The position numbers were made by a program, and so were the translations under genes. 64,000 bases of DNA from NCBI GenBank assembly GCA_963743305.1, contig CAVUPH010000008.1:67679-131678 (forward strand), in the 5' to 3' direction. Shown one piece after another: positions 30,351 to 40,020 of this stretch. This DNA is from an uncultured delta proteobacterium. GTDB taxonomy: Bacteria; Desulfobacterota; RBG-13-43-22. The notes below the pieces were generated by a model that saw only the letters and a program-made list of their open reading frames with translations, did not search any database and was not told the DNA's origin. How positions within the stretch are numbered: position 1 is the first letter of the stretch; each line of letters begins with the position of its first letter.

Positions 30351-30857
30351 TCACGATCCTTTCTTGCCGGGATGCGGTTTTGGTTTCAGGGCTGGAGGCG
30401 AATCCCCTCCGTCCTTCACTGCTTCTGAGGTCACAATCTTTTCCTCCTTTGGTTTAACGATGATGAGTTGGCTCTCCAGATCATTTCGCATTTGGCCGAC
30501 CTGCTCCACTAACCGGGGATAGGCCGGGTCTCTTTCGGAAGGAAGGGCCATGACGATCTCCGTCAGGCCGTGATCCTTGGAAAATTGGCTGGTGCCTTCG
30601 TAAAAAGGTTCTTTCGAATAAAAAATTTCCAAGTTGATTTTTTCCGTCCTGGCTCGTTGAAGCAGATCTTCAAACTGTTTTCGTTGGAGACTTAGCTTTT
30701 TTTCGACGGCCGCGGAACCGGATTCTTCCTGGGGAACATTAGAAAAAATCAAAAAAAAGAGCTTAGCCGGATTCCGCTTAGCAAACTCGATCGCGAAATA
30801 GGTGGCCGATAGCGACAGGCCTGAAAAATTTTCTATGGGGATTAGAAGCTTATGCAT
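30351..30857 (-). CDS. degenerate universal-stress-like protein
   Basis: KLLIPI...AIEFAKR...EIVMAL...LIIVKP follows the USP fold pattern. Confidence 0.55.
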   Translation of the reverse strand: MHKLLIPIENFSGLSLSATYFAIEFAKRNPAKLFFLIFSNVPQEESGSAAVEKKLSLQRKQFEDLLQRARTEKINLEIFYSKEPFYEGTSQFSKDHGLTEIVMALPSERDPAYPRLVEQVGQMRNDLESQLIIVKPKEEKIVTSEAVKDGGDSPPALKPKPHPGKKGS

Positions 30858-30879
30858 GTTTCGCCTCGGTTCCATGATA

Positions 30880-30895
30880 AGCAAATCCGGGACCA
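30880..30895 (-). promoter_or_regulatory. sigma54 -24/-12 promoter of the TauE operon
   Basis: TGGTCC-CGGAT-TTGCT on the minus strand, 23 nt before ATG 30857. Confidence 0.65.
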
Positions 30896-30957
30896 CAGTA
30901 ATATTAGTTGTCTAATCAATGAGATAAATTAGAGATAGTCCTTCCGGCCTTAATCAT

Positions 30958-31084
30958 TGGTTCATATTGAAACACTTGATCTCGGATTTTTTTGGAAGAA
31001 CAGGTAGAGGTAACACAAAAAGGAGGAAAATTTAAAAGGTTAGGTGATAATTCCACCGGACAGGCGATGTTTCATTTTGGAAAA
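30958..31084. promoter_or_regulatory. two 17-bp palindromic enhancer-like sites
   Basis: TGGTTCATATTGAAACA (30958-30974) and TGTTTCATTTTGGAAAA (31068-31084). Confidence 0.55.
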
Positions 31085-31100
31085 TCTATCGGCCAACCAG

Positions 31101-32477
31101 TCAGGGGTCGATCAATCCGTACTTGATCAGCTTACGCCATAAGGTAGTCCTGGACATCTTTAAAATACCGGCCGCCTTCAGTTTGTTATACGAAGTGCTC
31201 TCCAGAATTCTCCGGATGTGGGCCTTTTCCTGTTCTTCCCAGGAAAGCCACAGCTCTCCCCCCAGGCTCTCGACCTCGAATTGTTTCAGGTCTTCCGGAA
31301 GATCCAGCGGGCCGATGAGGTCTCCCTCCGACAGCGCTAAGGCACTGGCGACGATATTTTCCAATTCCCGCACGTTTCCGGGGAAAGAATAGCGCATGAG
31401 AATTTCCAGGGCTTCCCTGGAAAAACCCCTGACCTTTTTTTTATAGGCCTGATTGAACTGTTCAATAAAAAAATTCAACAGAACCGGGATATCTTCTTTG
31501 CGTTCCCGCATGGGGGGCACTTTAATGGAGACCACTTTCAGACGATAAAAAAGATCTTCCCGAAAGCGACCTTCTTTGACCTCTTTTTCCAATTCGCGGT
31601 TGGTGGCGCTGATAATCCGGATATCCAGACTGATAGGTTTGATCCCCCCCAAACGAAATATTTTTCTTTCCTGGATCACCCGGAGAAGTTTTACCTGCAT
31701 GGTGATGGGCATTTCCTCAATTTCATCCAGAAAGAGGGTCCCGCCCTGGGCGGCCTCCATCAGGCCGATTTTGGTGGAATCGGCCCCGGTGAAGGCCCCT
31801 TTTTCATGCCCGAACAGCTCATTGGCAATCAAGTCCTCCGAAAACCCCCCGCAGTTCAAATCGATAAACGGATATTCCCGCCGTTGGCTGTGATGGTGGA
31901 TCGAAAGGGCCACCAATTCTTTTCCGGTTCCACTTTCCCCCTGGATTAACACATTGCAATCAATCTTGGATACCTTGTCGATGGCCTGCAGCAGCTCTTT
32001 CACTTGGGGACTGATTCCCACGATCCCCTTAAGCGGAGGTCTTTTGGAGAGTTCTTGACGGAGCCGTTGATTTTCAGGGGACAGGGTGAAGTGTTCCAGC
32101 GCCTGTTCCACAATCGTTAAAACCTGATCGGGGGTGAACGGTTTGGCCAGGTAATAAAAGGCCCCCTGTTTAACGGCCTCCACCGCCTGATCCAAGGTAG
32201 CGTAGCCGGTGATCAGAATGACCTGGGTTTCGGGAAATTTTTTCTTGATCTCCGTCAGGACCTCCAATCCATTCCGATCCGGCAGCCGGATATCCGAAAG
32301 GACCAAGTGAAAGGACTTGACCGCCATCCGTCGCAGAGCCGGTTCAGCCGCCGTAAAAGTCTCCACCTCGAGAGGCATTTTTCTGAAAATCTGCTTAAGC
32401 CTTTGGCAGACAATCGGCTCATCATCAATAACGGCCAAACGTAATTTTTCCGGTCGAGGAATGTTCTTGTTTTTCAT
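31101..32477 (-). CDS. NtrC-family sigma54 response regulator
   Basis: REC domain, [25 protein letters not shown]. Confidence 0.95.
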   Translation of the reverse strand: MKNKNIPRPEKLRLAVIDDEPIVCQRLKQIFRKMPLEVETFTAAEPALRRMAVKSFHLVLSDIRLPDRNGLEVLTEIKKKFPETQVILITGYATLDQAVEAVKQGAFYYLAKPFTPDQVLTIVEQALEHFTLSPENQRLRQELSKRPPLKGIVGISPQVKELLQAIDKVSKIDCNVLIQGESGTGKELVALSIHHHSQRREYPFIDLNCGGFSEDLIANELFGHEKGAFTGADSTKIGLMEAAQGGTLFLDEIEEMPITMQVKLLRVIQERKIFRLGGIKPISLDIRIISATNRELEKEVKEGRFREDLFYRLKVVSIKVPPMRERKEDIPVLLNFFIEQFNQAYKKKVRGFSREALEILMRYSFPGNVRELENIVASALALSEGDLIGPLDLPEDLKQFEVESLGGELWLSWEEQEKAHIRRILESTSYNKLKAAGILKMSRTTLWRKLIKYGLIDP

Positions 32478-32665
32478 AATTTCATTTTATATAATGGAAT
32501 ATTAGGGTTTACAACTGTAAAATACTGATTAATCAATTATTTAATCGATCTGGCTTGCGAGCCGAACAAGTCCCGGGTTCTTTTTAGTTTTCGCTGCCGG
32601 CCCGCCGTTGATTTGGCGTGTTATGGTACGCCCTGAAAGTCAACCGCCCGATGTGAAATTCCCTG

Positions 32666-34252
32666 ATGTCGACTGCGAATCCGATGAACTCAGAAACGGA
32701 TCATCAAACGCCATTATTCCCCGAAGCTTCTTCCGAAAGCCAAGCCGAAGCCACAGAAAACGGTTTTTCCGGAAAACCCAACTTAAGTATTCGCACCCGC
32801 ATCACCCTCGGTTTTTTTATCTGCTTTGTCATGGCCTTGGGTATAACGCTGGCCTCCCTTTATGTCGTCTATCGCCTGGAAGACAAGCTTCATTTCTTAA
32901 AAGTGGCCGACAATTTTTCCTTTGAAATCCAACAGGCACGTCGATTTGAAAAAAATTATTTCCTCTACGGTACGAATTTGGCCGATGCCCTCTACCACGT
33001 AAATACGGCCTTGTCCTTTCTGGACACCAATCACCTCAAAATCGCCGGGGTTATCGGAAGGAAGTCCTACGATACCCTGTTCTCCCATACCGAGACCTAC
33101 CGGTCGCTCCTGGAAAATTTACAATTGATCGTCAGCAGACGGGAATCGGCTCCCCCCGGACAACGTATCCAACTGGAATCGGACCTCCGCATCCATGGGG
33201 GGGAGATGATTTCCTTGGCTTTCAATTTGGTCCAGGAGGAGCGACAATCGGTCGAGGAAATGTTTACCAGTGCCAAGCGGGTTCCTATCTATTTCATGAT
33301 TTTCCTTTTTTTATTAATGGGTTACTTGGCCCATCTCTTAACCCGGCAAATTTTAGGACCCTTGAAACAGATATTAGGTTACACCCAACGAATTTCCCAA
33401 GGAGACTTCAAACCCGTAATTCCCACCCGACACTATAAAGATGAGTTTTCCGCCTTGATCTTAGCCATGGATCGCATGTTGAAAGAACTCAGCCACCGCC
33501 AGGAAGTATTGGTCCAGTCTCATAAGCTCCGGGCCGTAGGCAATTTGACGGCCGGCGTGGCCCACGAGTTGAACAACCCCATCAATAATATTTCGCTGAC
33601 CGCCCATCTCCTTTTGGAGGATTATCGCGACCTACCGGACGAGGAGCGTCTGGAAATGATCCGGGATCTCATCAGTCAGGCGGATCGGTCCCAGGGGATC
33701 ATCCGGAACCTGCTGGATTTCGCCCGGGAGGGCGAATCCAAAATCGAACCGCTGGATTTGGGCCAGATCATCCAAGAAACAGTTCGGCTGGCGGGCAACC
33801 AGATCAAGATTTCCGGGGCCCACCTGGAGGTCAGCGTCCTGCCCCAACTCCCGCGCATCCACGGGGATCACCAGCAATTGACCCAGGTCTTTTTAAATAT
33901 TGTTTTAAACGCCATCGACGTCATTCCCAAAGGAGGAAGGATTCAAATCTCCGTGGCCCAGGAGGGGCCTAATTTCTTGGCGGTCAAAATCACCGACAAT
34001 GGTCCGGGGATCCCCGAACATATACTGCCTAACGTCTTTGATCCCTTTTTTACAACCAAGACGAAAGGAAAAGGAACCGGGTTAGGGCTTTCGGTTTCTC
34101 ATGGAATTGTTGCCCGGCACGGGGGGCAGATCCGGGCAGACAGCCAAGTGGGCGTCGGCACGACCTTTACCGTCATCCTGCCCGTCACCACCTTCCCGGC
34201 TCCGGAATTAAGTTCCAAAGTGGAAATAACCGGAGGGCCCCCGGGCCGATGA
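32666..34252 (+). CDS. HAMP sensor histidine kinase
   Basis: EIQQARRFEKNYFLY, AHELNNP, DNGPG, GTGLGL. Confidence 0.92.
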   Translation: MSTANPMNSETDHQTPLFPEASSESQAEATENGFSGKPNLSIRTRITLGFFICFVMALGITLASLYVVYRLEDKLHFLKVADNFSFEIQQARRFEKNYFLYGTNLADALYHVNTALSFLDTNHLKIAGVIGRKSYDTLFSHTETYRSLLENLQLIVSRRESAPPGQRIQLESDLRIHGGEMISLAFNLVQEERQSVEEMFTSAKRVPIYFMIFLFLLMGYLAHLLTRQILGPLKQILGYTQRISQGDFKPVIPTRHYKDEFSALILAMDRMLKELSHRQEVLVQSHKLRAVGNLTAGVAHELNNPINNISLTAHLLLEDYRDLPDEERLEMIRDLISQADRSQGIIRNLLDFAREGESKIEPLDLGQIIQETVRLAGNQIKISGAHLEVSVLPQLPRIHGDHQQLTQVFLNIVLNAIDVIPKGGRIQISVAQEGPNFLAVKITDNGPGIPEHILPNVFDPFFTTKTKGKGTGLGLSVSHGIVARHGGQIRADSQVGVGTTFTVILPVTTFPAPELSSKVEITGGPPGR

Positions 34253-35679
34253 AAGTGTTTCCTTCGACCATCCGGGGGCAGGTCATCATGGCCTTTTCAG
34301 CCTGCTTCCTGTTCATGGCCCTGATGATCGCCATCAATTACGGTAATTTTTACCGTTTGAGCAGCTCCATGCAATTTTTTGAAATCGCCGAGGAACTCAA
34401 CAGCAGCCTGCTGGAAATGCGGCGCTACGAGAAAAATTATTTTCTTTATCAAAAAGAATATGACTTTGAAGAAAACCTGACCTACACCAACCGGCTGGGA
34501 CTGATCCTGAATCGAGAAAGGGAAAACCTGATCCGGTCCATGGGAAAGGAGAATTACGATCGATTCATAAAGAATACCGGCGAATATTCCTCCTCGATGG
34601 AGGCGCTGAGGAAGAATCCCATGAAGAAAGAGGAGAACCTAGCCCTCCAGGGAAAAATCCGGGGGACCGGCCAGAACCTCCTGGTCCTAGCCGATCAACT
34701 GATTGCCGGTGAACGCCGGGAAATCAATCAGCGCCTGCAGCGCATGATATCTTTTCCCATGCTTAATTTAGTCGTTCTGGTCCTGTTACTGGGATTTGTG
34801 GTTTTTTTTATCGGGGAAAAAATCATCCGTCCGCTGGCCCGGATTACCCGGGAATCCGAGGCCATTGCCCAGGGTATTTTTCACGGAAAGATTTCACCGC
34901 TGCTGGGGAATACCGACAACGAAATCTGCCGCCTGACCGCGGCCCTCAACCGGATGATGACCGAGTTGGAAAGCCGCCAGGAGCAACTGGTGCAATCCCG
35001 AAAGATCGCCGCCGTCGGCACCCTGACCTCGGGAATCGCCCACGAGATCAATAATCCCATCAATAACATCGTTCTGACCCTGGAAACCCTGGCTGAAGAC
35101 AACCAAACCCTATCACCGGAAGATCGGCTACAATTATACCAAGAGGCCCTGGATCAGGCCGACCGGGCGAGTGATATTGTCAAGAATCTTCTGGAATTCT
35201 CCCGAGCCAATCATCCCCGACGTGAGGAAGTTTCCCTGGAGGAACTGATCGACAAAACCATCCGCCTGCTGAATAATGAGTTTAAAGTCCATCGAATAAA
35301 GATAACCAAAGAAATAAAATGGTTGTTTCCCAAGCTACTCCTGGATAAGAGCGGCTTGCAGCAGGTATTGGTCAATCTTCTATTAAACAGCATACAGGCC
35401 ATGCCCGAGGGCGGCAAGTTGAATATTATCCTGGATCGAGTCAACCATGAAGCGCGAATCGACATCATGGACACCGGACCGGGTATCCCCGCCGAGAACC
35501 TGAGCCGGATTTTTGACCCCTTTTTCTCCACGAAAAAAGGAGGGACGGGCCTGGGTCTTTCGGTAAGTTATAATATCCTCCAAAACCAAGGAGGTCGGAT
35601 CGAAGTTCAGAGTTCGGAAGGCCAGGGAACTACCTTTTCCCTTTACCTTCCTTTTTCTGAGAAAGCAGTCGGTATTTGA
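34249..35679 (+). CDS. HAMP sensor histidine kinase
   Basis: LLEMRRYEKNYFLY, AHEINNP, GTGLGL; ATGA overlap with the previous gene. Confidence 0.92.
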   Translation: MKVFPSTIRGQVIMAFSACFLFMALMIAINYGNFYRLSSSMQFFEIAEELNSSLLEMRRYEKNYFLYQKEYDFEENLTYTNRLGLILNRERENLIRSMGKENYDRFIKNTGEYSSSMEALRKNPMKKEENLALQGKIRGTGQNLLVLADQLIAGERREINQRLQRMISFPMLNLVVLVLLLGFVVFFIGEKIIRPLARITRESEAIAQGIFHGKISPLLGNTDNEICRLTAALNRMMTELESRQEQLVQSRKIAAVGTLTSGIAHEINNPINNIVLTLETLAEDNQTLSPEDRLQLYQEALDQADRASDIVKNLLEFSRANHPRREEVSLEELIDKTIRLLNNEFKVHRIKITKEIKWLFPKLLLDKSGLQQVLVNLLLNSIQAMPEGGKLNIILDRVNHEARIDIMDTGPGIPAENLSRIFDPFFSTKKGGTGLGLSVSYNILQNQGGRIEVQSSEGQGTTFSLYLPFSEKAVGI

Positions 35680-35802
35680 AGGGATCCTTTTTTTCGGTTC
35701 CAACTACCCGGCGGCAGGCGGACACCCCTTTCCACCCCATCCTCCCGGTCCAGCAGACCAGGTTTCGGGTAAATTAGGAATCGCCCGGCACCCTTTCTTG
35801 AT

Positions 35803-35898
35803 CGTTTCATTTTGGAACAAAGCCTCCGGCTACTCACACCTTCCAAATTATAACCTTTTTATTTTAATTGATTTTTATTTGCTGGCCCTTATATTGTA
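35803..35898 (+). promoter_or_regulatory. enhancer-like palindrome plus variant sigma54 promoter
   Basis: CGTTTCATTTTGGAACA (35803-35819); TGGCCC-TTATA-TTGTA (35883-35898). Confidence 0.55.
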
Positions 35899-35945
35899 TT
35901 ATAACTTCGTAAGAAAGAAAATGGCCAAGAGACAAAGGAGATGCG

Positions 35946-36335
35946 ATGGGAAGGCCTTGGGAGTTATTGATTATTGACGATGAACCCCTGGTGGGTCAAC
36001 GCCTCAAGCCCGCCCTGACCAAGGAAGGGTATCGGGTGGAGATTTATACGGATCCGAAAGAGGCCATCGCCCGGTTGGGAGAAAAAAGTTTTGACATTGT
36101 GGTGACTGACATCCGCATGGAGGAAATGGACGGGTTGCAGGTGTTGGAAGGCGTCCTTCAAAAATCCCCCGCCACCAAAGTGATCATGATCACCGGATAT
36201 GCCACCTTGGATATGGCCCATGAATCCCTAGCCAAAGGGGCCTTTGATTTTATTGCCAAACCGTTTCGAATCGGGAGGATCCGAGAAGTTATCCTGAAGG
36301 CGGCCCAAACCTTGGAAAAGGAGGGAAAACGATGA
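35946..36335 (+). CDS. stand-alone response regulator
   Basis: IDDEPLV, TDIRM, ITGYAT, AKPF. Confidence 0.92.
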   Translation: MGRPWELLIIDDEPLVGQRLKPALTKEGYRVEIYTDPKEAIARLGEKSFDIVVTDIRMEEMDGLQVLEGVLQKSPATKVIMITGYATLDMAHESLAKGAFDFIAKPFRIGRIREVILKAAQTLEKEGKR

Positions 36336-36729
36336 AAATCTATCGCAGTAATATGGAAAAAATCTTGGATAAACAGGAAGAGGATACTATTATTACCAAT
36401 CCCAGGCAACCGGTAAGAACTTTCTTCCGAAAAATCAATTATCTTTTTTCCCTCTGGAAAGAAAAATTAGGAAAAATATTTCGGCCCTAGACTTCCTTGC
36501 CTTAGTTTCGGTCTCCACGAAAAAGTGTCCCATCCCCCTGCCTGATCCTTAGGGTACCAAGTCCTGGGAGAGGGTCCGATCACTCCGCCCCTTTTTTTCT
36601 AACTGCCCCCCTTGTAGATAATTTTTATTGACCTGAAGAAAAATTAATAATGCGCTTGCTTTTAAGGAAAAGCAGTTCTATAAATTTTTAATAACAATAA
36701 AGATTATCTGAAGGTTGGACGAGGAAGGT

Positions 36730-38814
36730 ATGGAAAAAGAAATTTATAGCCTGTGCTTCATGTGTTCGGTCCGTTGCCCCATCAAGGTGCTGGTCAAGGA
36801 CGGGCAAGTCCGGTGGATCGAGGGGAACCCGCACGTGCCAGGAATGGAGGGGAGCCTGTGTCCCCGAGGGGCGGCCGGTATCTCCATGCTTTATGACGAT
36901 CAGCGGCTTAAATATCCCCTGATCCGGGTCGGCGAGCGCGGAGCGGGGCATTTCAAGAAGGCCTCCTGGGAACAAGCCCTGGATTATGTGGCCGAAAAAT
37001 TGAAGGACATCATAGCCGCCCATGGGGGGCACAGTGTGGTCCTCGGCGAACGCACCCAACTGGCCACCCATGTTACCAAAACCTTTGCTCGGGCCATACA
37101 ATCGCCGAACCATTTTACCCATGACGCCCTCTGCAAGGGTTCGATCAACACGGCCTGCCGCAGCCTTTTCGGATACACCGACGCCCAGATGGGCCTGGAT
37201 TACAAGAACACCAAGCATCTGGTCCTGTACGGCCGGAATCTCTTTGAGGCCATCGAGGTCAAGGCGGTTAACCAGACGATGGAGGCCCTGGGAAAAGGGG
37301 CTCGGCTGACCTATATCGATCCCCGGGTGTCCATTACCGCCACCAAGGCCCACCGGTATTGGATGATCCGGCCGGGGACCGATCTGGCACTCAATTACGC
37401 CCTGATCCAGGTGATTCTCAAAGAGCGGCTTTATGACGCGGCCTATGTCGACCGCTGGGTGCTGGGACTGGCCGAACTGCAGGATTTTATTTATCCCTAT
37501 ACCCCGGAATGGGCCGAAAAGGAAACCGGGATTCCCGCCGAACAGATTGTGGACCTGGCCCGGGAGGTCAGCCGGGACAAACCCTCGGTACTATTTCATT
37601 TTGGCTATCGGGGCTCCAATCAAACCAACGAAATTTATATGCGTCGTTCTATCATGATGCTCAACGCGCTGATGGGTAGTGTCGAGGCTCGCGGGGGTTT
37701 CTTTTTCAAGAAAGGACCGGGAGCGGTCGACCGCCAAGCGGCCCGAAAACTGACCGAGCAGAAATTCCCCAAAATCGAGGTTCCCCGCTTCGATAAAGTG
37801 GGCACTCGGGATTTCCCCTTGCCGGACCCGAATCACGGGGTGGGTCAGATGCTGCCCCAGGCGATCTTGAATGAGGACCCCTACCCGATCAAGGCGCTCC
37901 TCGCCTTTCGGTTTGATCCGCTCCAATCCATTCCGGATACGAACCTGACCAAAAAAGCCTTGAGCAAACTGGACCTGATCGTCTCCGTCGATATCAACCC
38001 CAGCGATATCGCCTGGTATTCGGACGTGGTGTTGCCGGAATCCACCTATCTGGAGCGAACCGACTGCGTCCAGCAGGCCAATGGCTTGAAACCGCAGATG
38101 TTTTTAAGAAGGCAGGCGGTGCTCCCCCGCTACGATACCCGGGAAGGGGCCATGATCCTTAAACAGATCGCGGAAAAGATCGGTATCGGAAAATATTTTC
38201 CCTACGGCAGCATGGAGGAACTGGTCTCCTGGCAGTTGGAAGGAACCGGTTTCACCCTGGAGGATTTTGAGGCCCGGGGCTCTGTCGCCTACACCAAAAA
38301 TCAAATATTCTGGGATCGAAATGATGGGATAAAATTCAAAACCCCTTCCGGTAAAATTGAATTCAAATCTTCATTGCTGGAAAACGCCGGTTTTGCCTCT
38401 TTTCCGCCCTACGAACCCCTGCCGTCACCGCCGGAGGGCCGGTTCAGACTGGTGGTGGGGCGCACGGCCCTGCATACCCACCTTTCCACCCAAAATAATC
38501 CCTACCTGAACGAAATTTGTCCGGAAAACGAGCTCTGGATCAATGAACAAAAGGCGGAGGAGCTGGGTGTTCTAGACGGGCGGGAGGTAACGGTTTCTTC
38601 CAAGGTCGGTGAGGGTACGCTCAAGGCCAAGGTGACCGAGCTTATTCATCCGGAGGCGGTCTTCATGCTCCATGGTTTCGGCCATGAATCCAACCTGGCC
38701 GCCCGGGCTTTCCATAAGGGCTGCTCGGACGCCATGCTGCAGGAGAACCTCTCCGACCAAATCGGTGGCAGCCCGGCCCTTCACGAAACTTTTATAACCG
38801 TGAAACCGGCCTGA
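36730..38814 (+). CDS. molybdopterin oxidoreductase catalytic subunit, PsrA/PhsA-like, no Tat signal
   Basis: CFMCSVRC...LCPRG, RLKYPL, HDALC, IRPGTD, DVVLPESTYLER, C-terminal bis-MGD-binding domain. Confidence 0.9.
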   Translation: MEKEIYSLCFMCSVRCPIKVLVKDGQVRWIEGNPHVPGMEGSLCPRGAAGISMLYDDQRLKYPLIRVGERGAGHFKKASWEQALDYVAEKLKDIIAAHGGHSVVLGERTQLATHVTKTFARAIQSPNHFTHDALCKGSINTACRSLFGYTDAQMGLDYKNTKHLVLYGRNLFEAIEVKAVNQTMEALGKGARLTYIDPRVSITATKAHRYWMIRPGTDLALNYALIQVILKERLYDAAYVDRWVLGLAELQDFIYPYTPEWAEKETGIPAEQIVDLAREVSRDKPSVLFHFGYRGSNQTNEIYMRRSIMMLNALMGSVEARGGFFFKKGPGAVDRQAARKLTEQKFPKIEVPRFDKVGTRDFPLPDPNHGVGQMLPQAILNEDPYPIKALLAFRFDPLQSIPDTNLTKKALSKLDLIVSVDINPSDIAWYSDVVLPESTYLERTDCVQQANGLKPQMFLRRQAVLPRYDTREGAMILKQIAEKIGIGKYFPYGSMEELVSWQLEGTGFTLEDFEARGSVAYTKNQIFWDRNDGIKFKTPSGKIEFKSSLLENAGFASFPPYEPLPSPPEGRFRLVVGRTALHTHLSTQNNPYLNEICPENELWINEQKAEELGVLDGREVTVSSKVGEGTLKAKVTELIHPEAVFMLHGFGHESNLAARAFHKGCSDAMLQENLSDQIGGSPALHETFITVKPA

Positions 38815-38922
38815 TCGGAATGCATTGTGGACGATTTCAGATTGGACCGGGAATGAAGCCACGGCCGCTCAACCCGCTTCGATCCTCGTTGGCCGATCGT
38901 CCTTAATAACGGGAGCCAAAGA

Positions 38923-39444
38923 ATGAGTAAATATTTCTTATTGCAGGACCAACAGAAGTGTATCGGCTGCCATGCCTGCGAAATTCAATGCAAAAGCAAT
39001 AAATCCCTGCCCATCGGGCCCAAGCCCTGTCAAATCATCCCCGTGGGCCCTAAATTTATCAACGGCCTGCCGCGGGCCTCGTTTATTTTCATGCCCTGCT
39101 TTCACTGCGAAAATCCCTGGTGCGTGGCAGCCTGCCCCACGGGCGCCATGCAAAGAAGGGCTAAAGACGGGATTGTCTTTGTGGATCACCACCTCTGTGT
39201 GGGCTGCAAGACCTGCATTTCCGCCTGCCCCTGGGGTGCGCCCCAGTGGAATCCGGAAATCGGGAAGGTGGTCAAGTGCGATTACTGCATGGACCGCATT
39301 GACGCCGGGCTCAAGCCGGCCTGCGTGACAATCTGCACCACCCATTGTCTTAACTTTGCCCAAACCGAGCATATCCCGCTGGTCAAACGGGAGCGTTATG
39401 CCCGGGCCATGGCCTCCACGAAGGGCGCGGCCACGCTGGAGTAA
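38923..39444 (+). CDS. 4x[4Fe-4S] subunit (PsrB/PhsB-like)
   Basis: CIGCHAC, CFHCENPWCVAACP, CVGCKTC, KCDYC...PACV. Confidence 0.92.
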   Translation: MSKYFLLQDQQKCIGCHACEIQCKSNKSLPIGPKPCQIIPVGPKFINGLPRASFIFMPCFHCENPWCVAACPTGAMQRRAKDGIVFVDHHLCVGCKTCISACPWGAPQWNPEIGKVVKCDYCMDRIDAGLKPACVTICTTHCLNFAQTEHIPLVKRERYARAMASTKGAATLE

Positions 39445-39458
39445 GAGGAAGCGGCCCC

Positions 39459-39914
39459 ATGGATGTAGCCACGATCAACGCGATCCTGTCGAAGTTTCCG
39501 GAGATAAAAGGCAATCTCATCGCCGCCCTCCACGAAATTCAAAATCAATTTCACTACCTGCCCGAAGAGGAACTGCGGTATCTCTCCAAAAATAAAAATA
39601 TACCTATTACCCAGATCTATAGTATCGCCACCTTCTATAATCGGTTCAGCCTCAAGCCAAAAGGCCGCCATCAGATTAATGTCTGTCTGGGAACGGCCTG
39701 CCACGTCAAAGGGGCTGAAAAAATCCTGGATGAGATAAAACGCCGACTCCAGATTGAGGTGGGAGAAAATACGGAGGACATGAATTTTTCGCTGGATGAA
39801 GTTCGATGTATCGGGGCCTGCAGTTTAGCGCCGGTGGTGGTTATCAATGAAGATACCCACAGCCAGGTGACACCGAAAGAGGTCGGAAAACTTTTGGGCC
39901 GTTATGGGTCCTAA
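39459..39914 (+). CDS. NuoE/HydC-like subunit
   Basis: IATFY, VCLGTACH, RCIGAC. Confidence 0.92.
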   Translation: MDVATINAILSKFPEIKGNLIAALHEIQNQFHYLPEEELRYLSKNKNIPITQIYSIATFYNRFSLKPKGRHQINVCLGTACHVKGAEKILDEIKRRLQIEVGENTEDMNFSLDEVRCIGACSLAPVVVINEDTHSQVTPKEVGKLLGRYGS

Positions 39915-40020
39915 ACTGTTTTCGTAGCGTTCCTGGTTTTATGTTTTTTATCGGATGAACCGGACCCCCGCTTTCGAGAACGGCGGATTCAATCCTACGA
40001 ACTGAAGTAACCCTTCCCCT

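Noticed and set aside
36400-36729. Moco riboswitch before the molybdoenzyme
   Set aside because: I could not find the conserved Moco motif elements; only a sigma70-like TTGCTT-17-TATAAA is evident.
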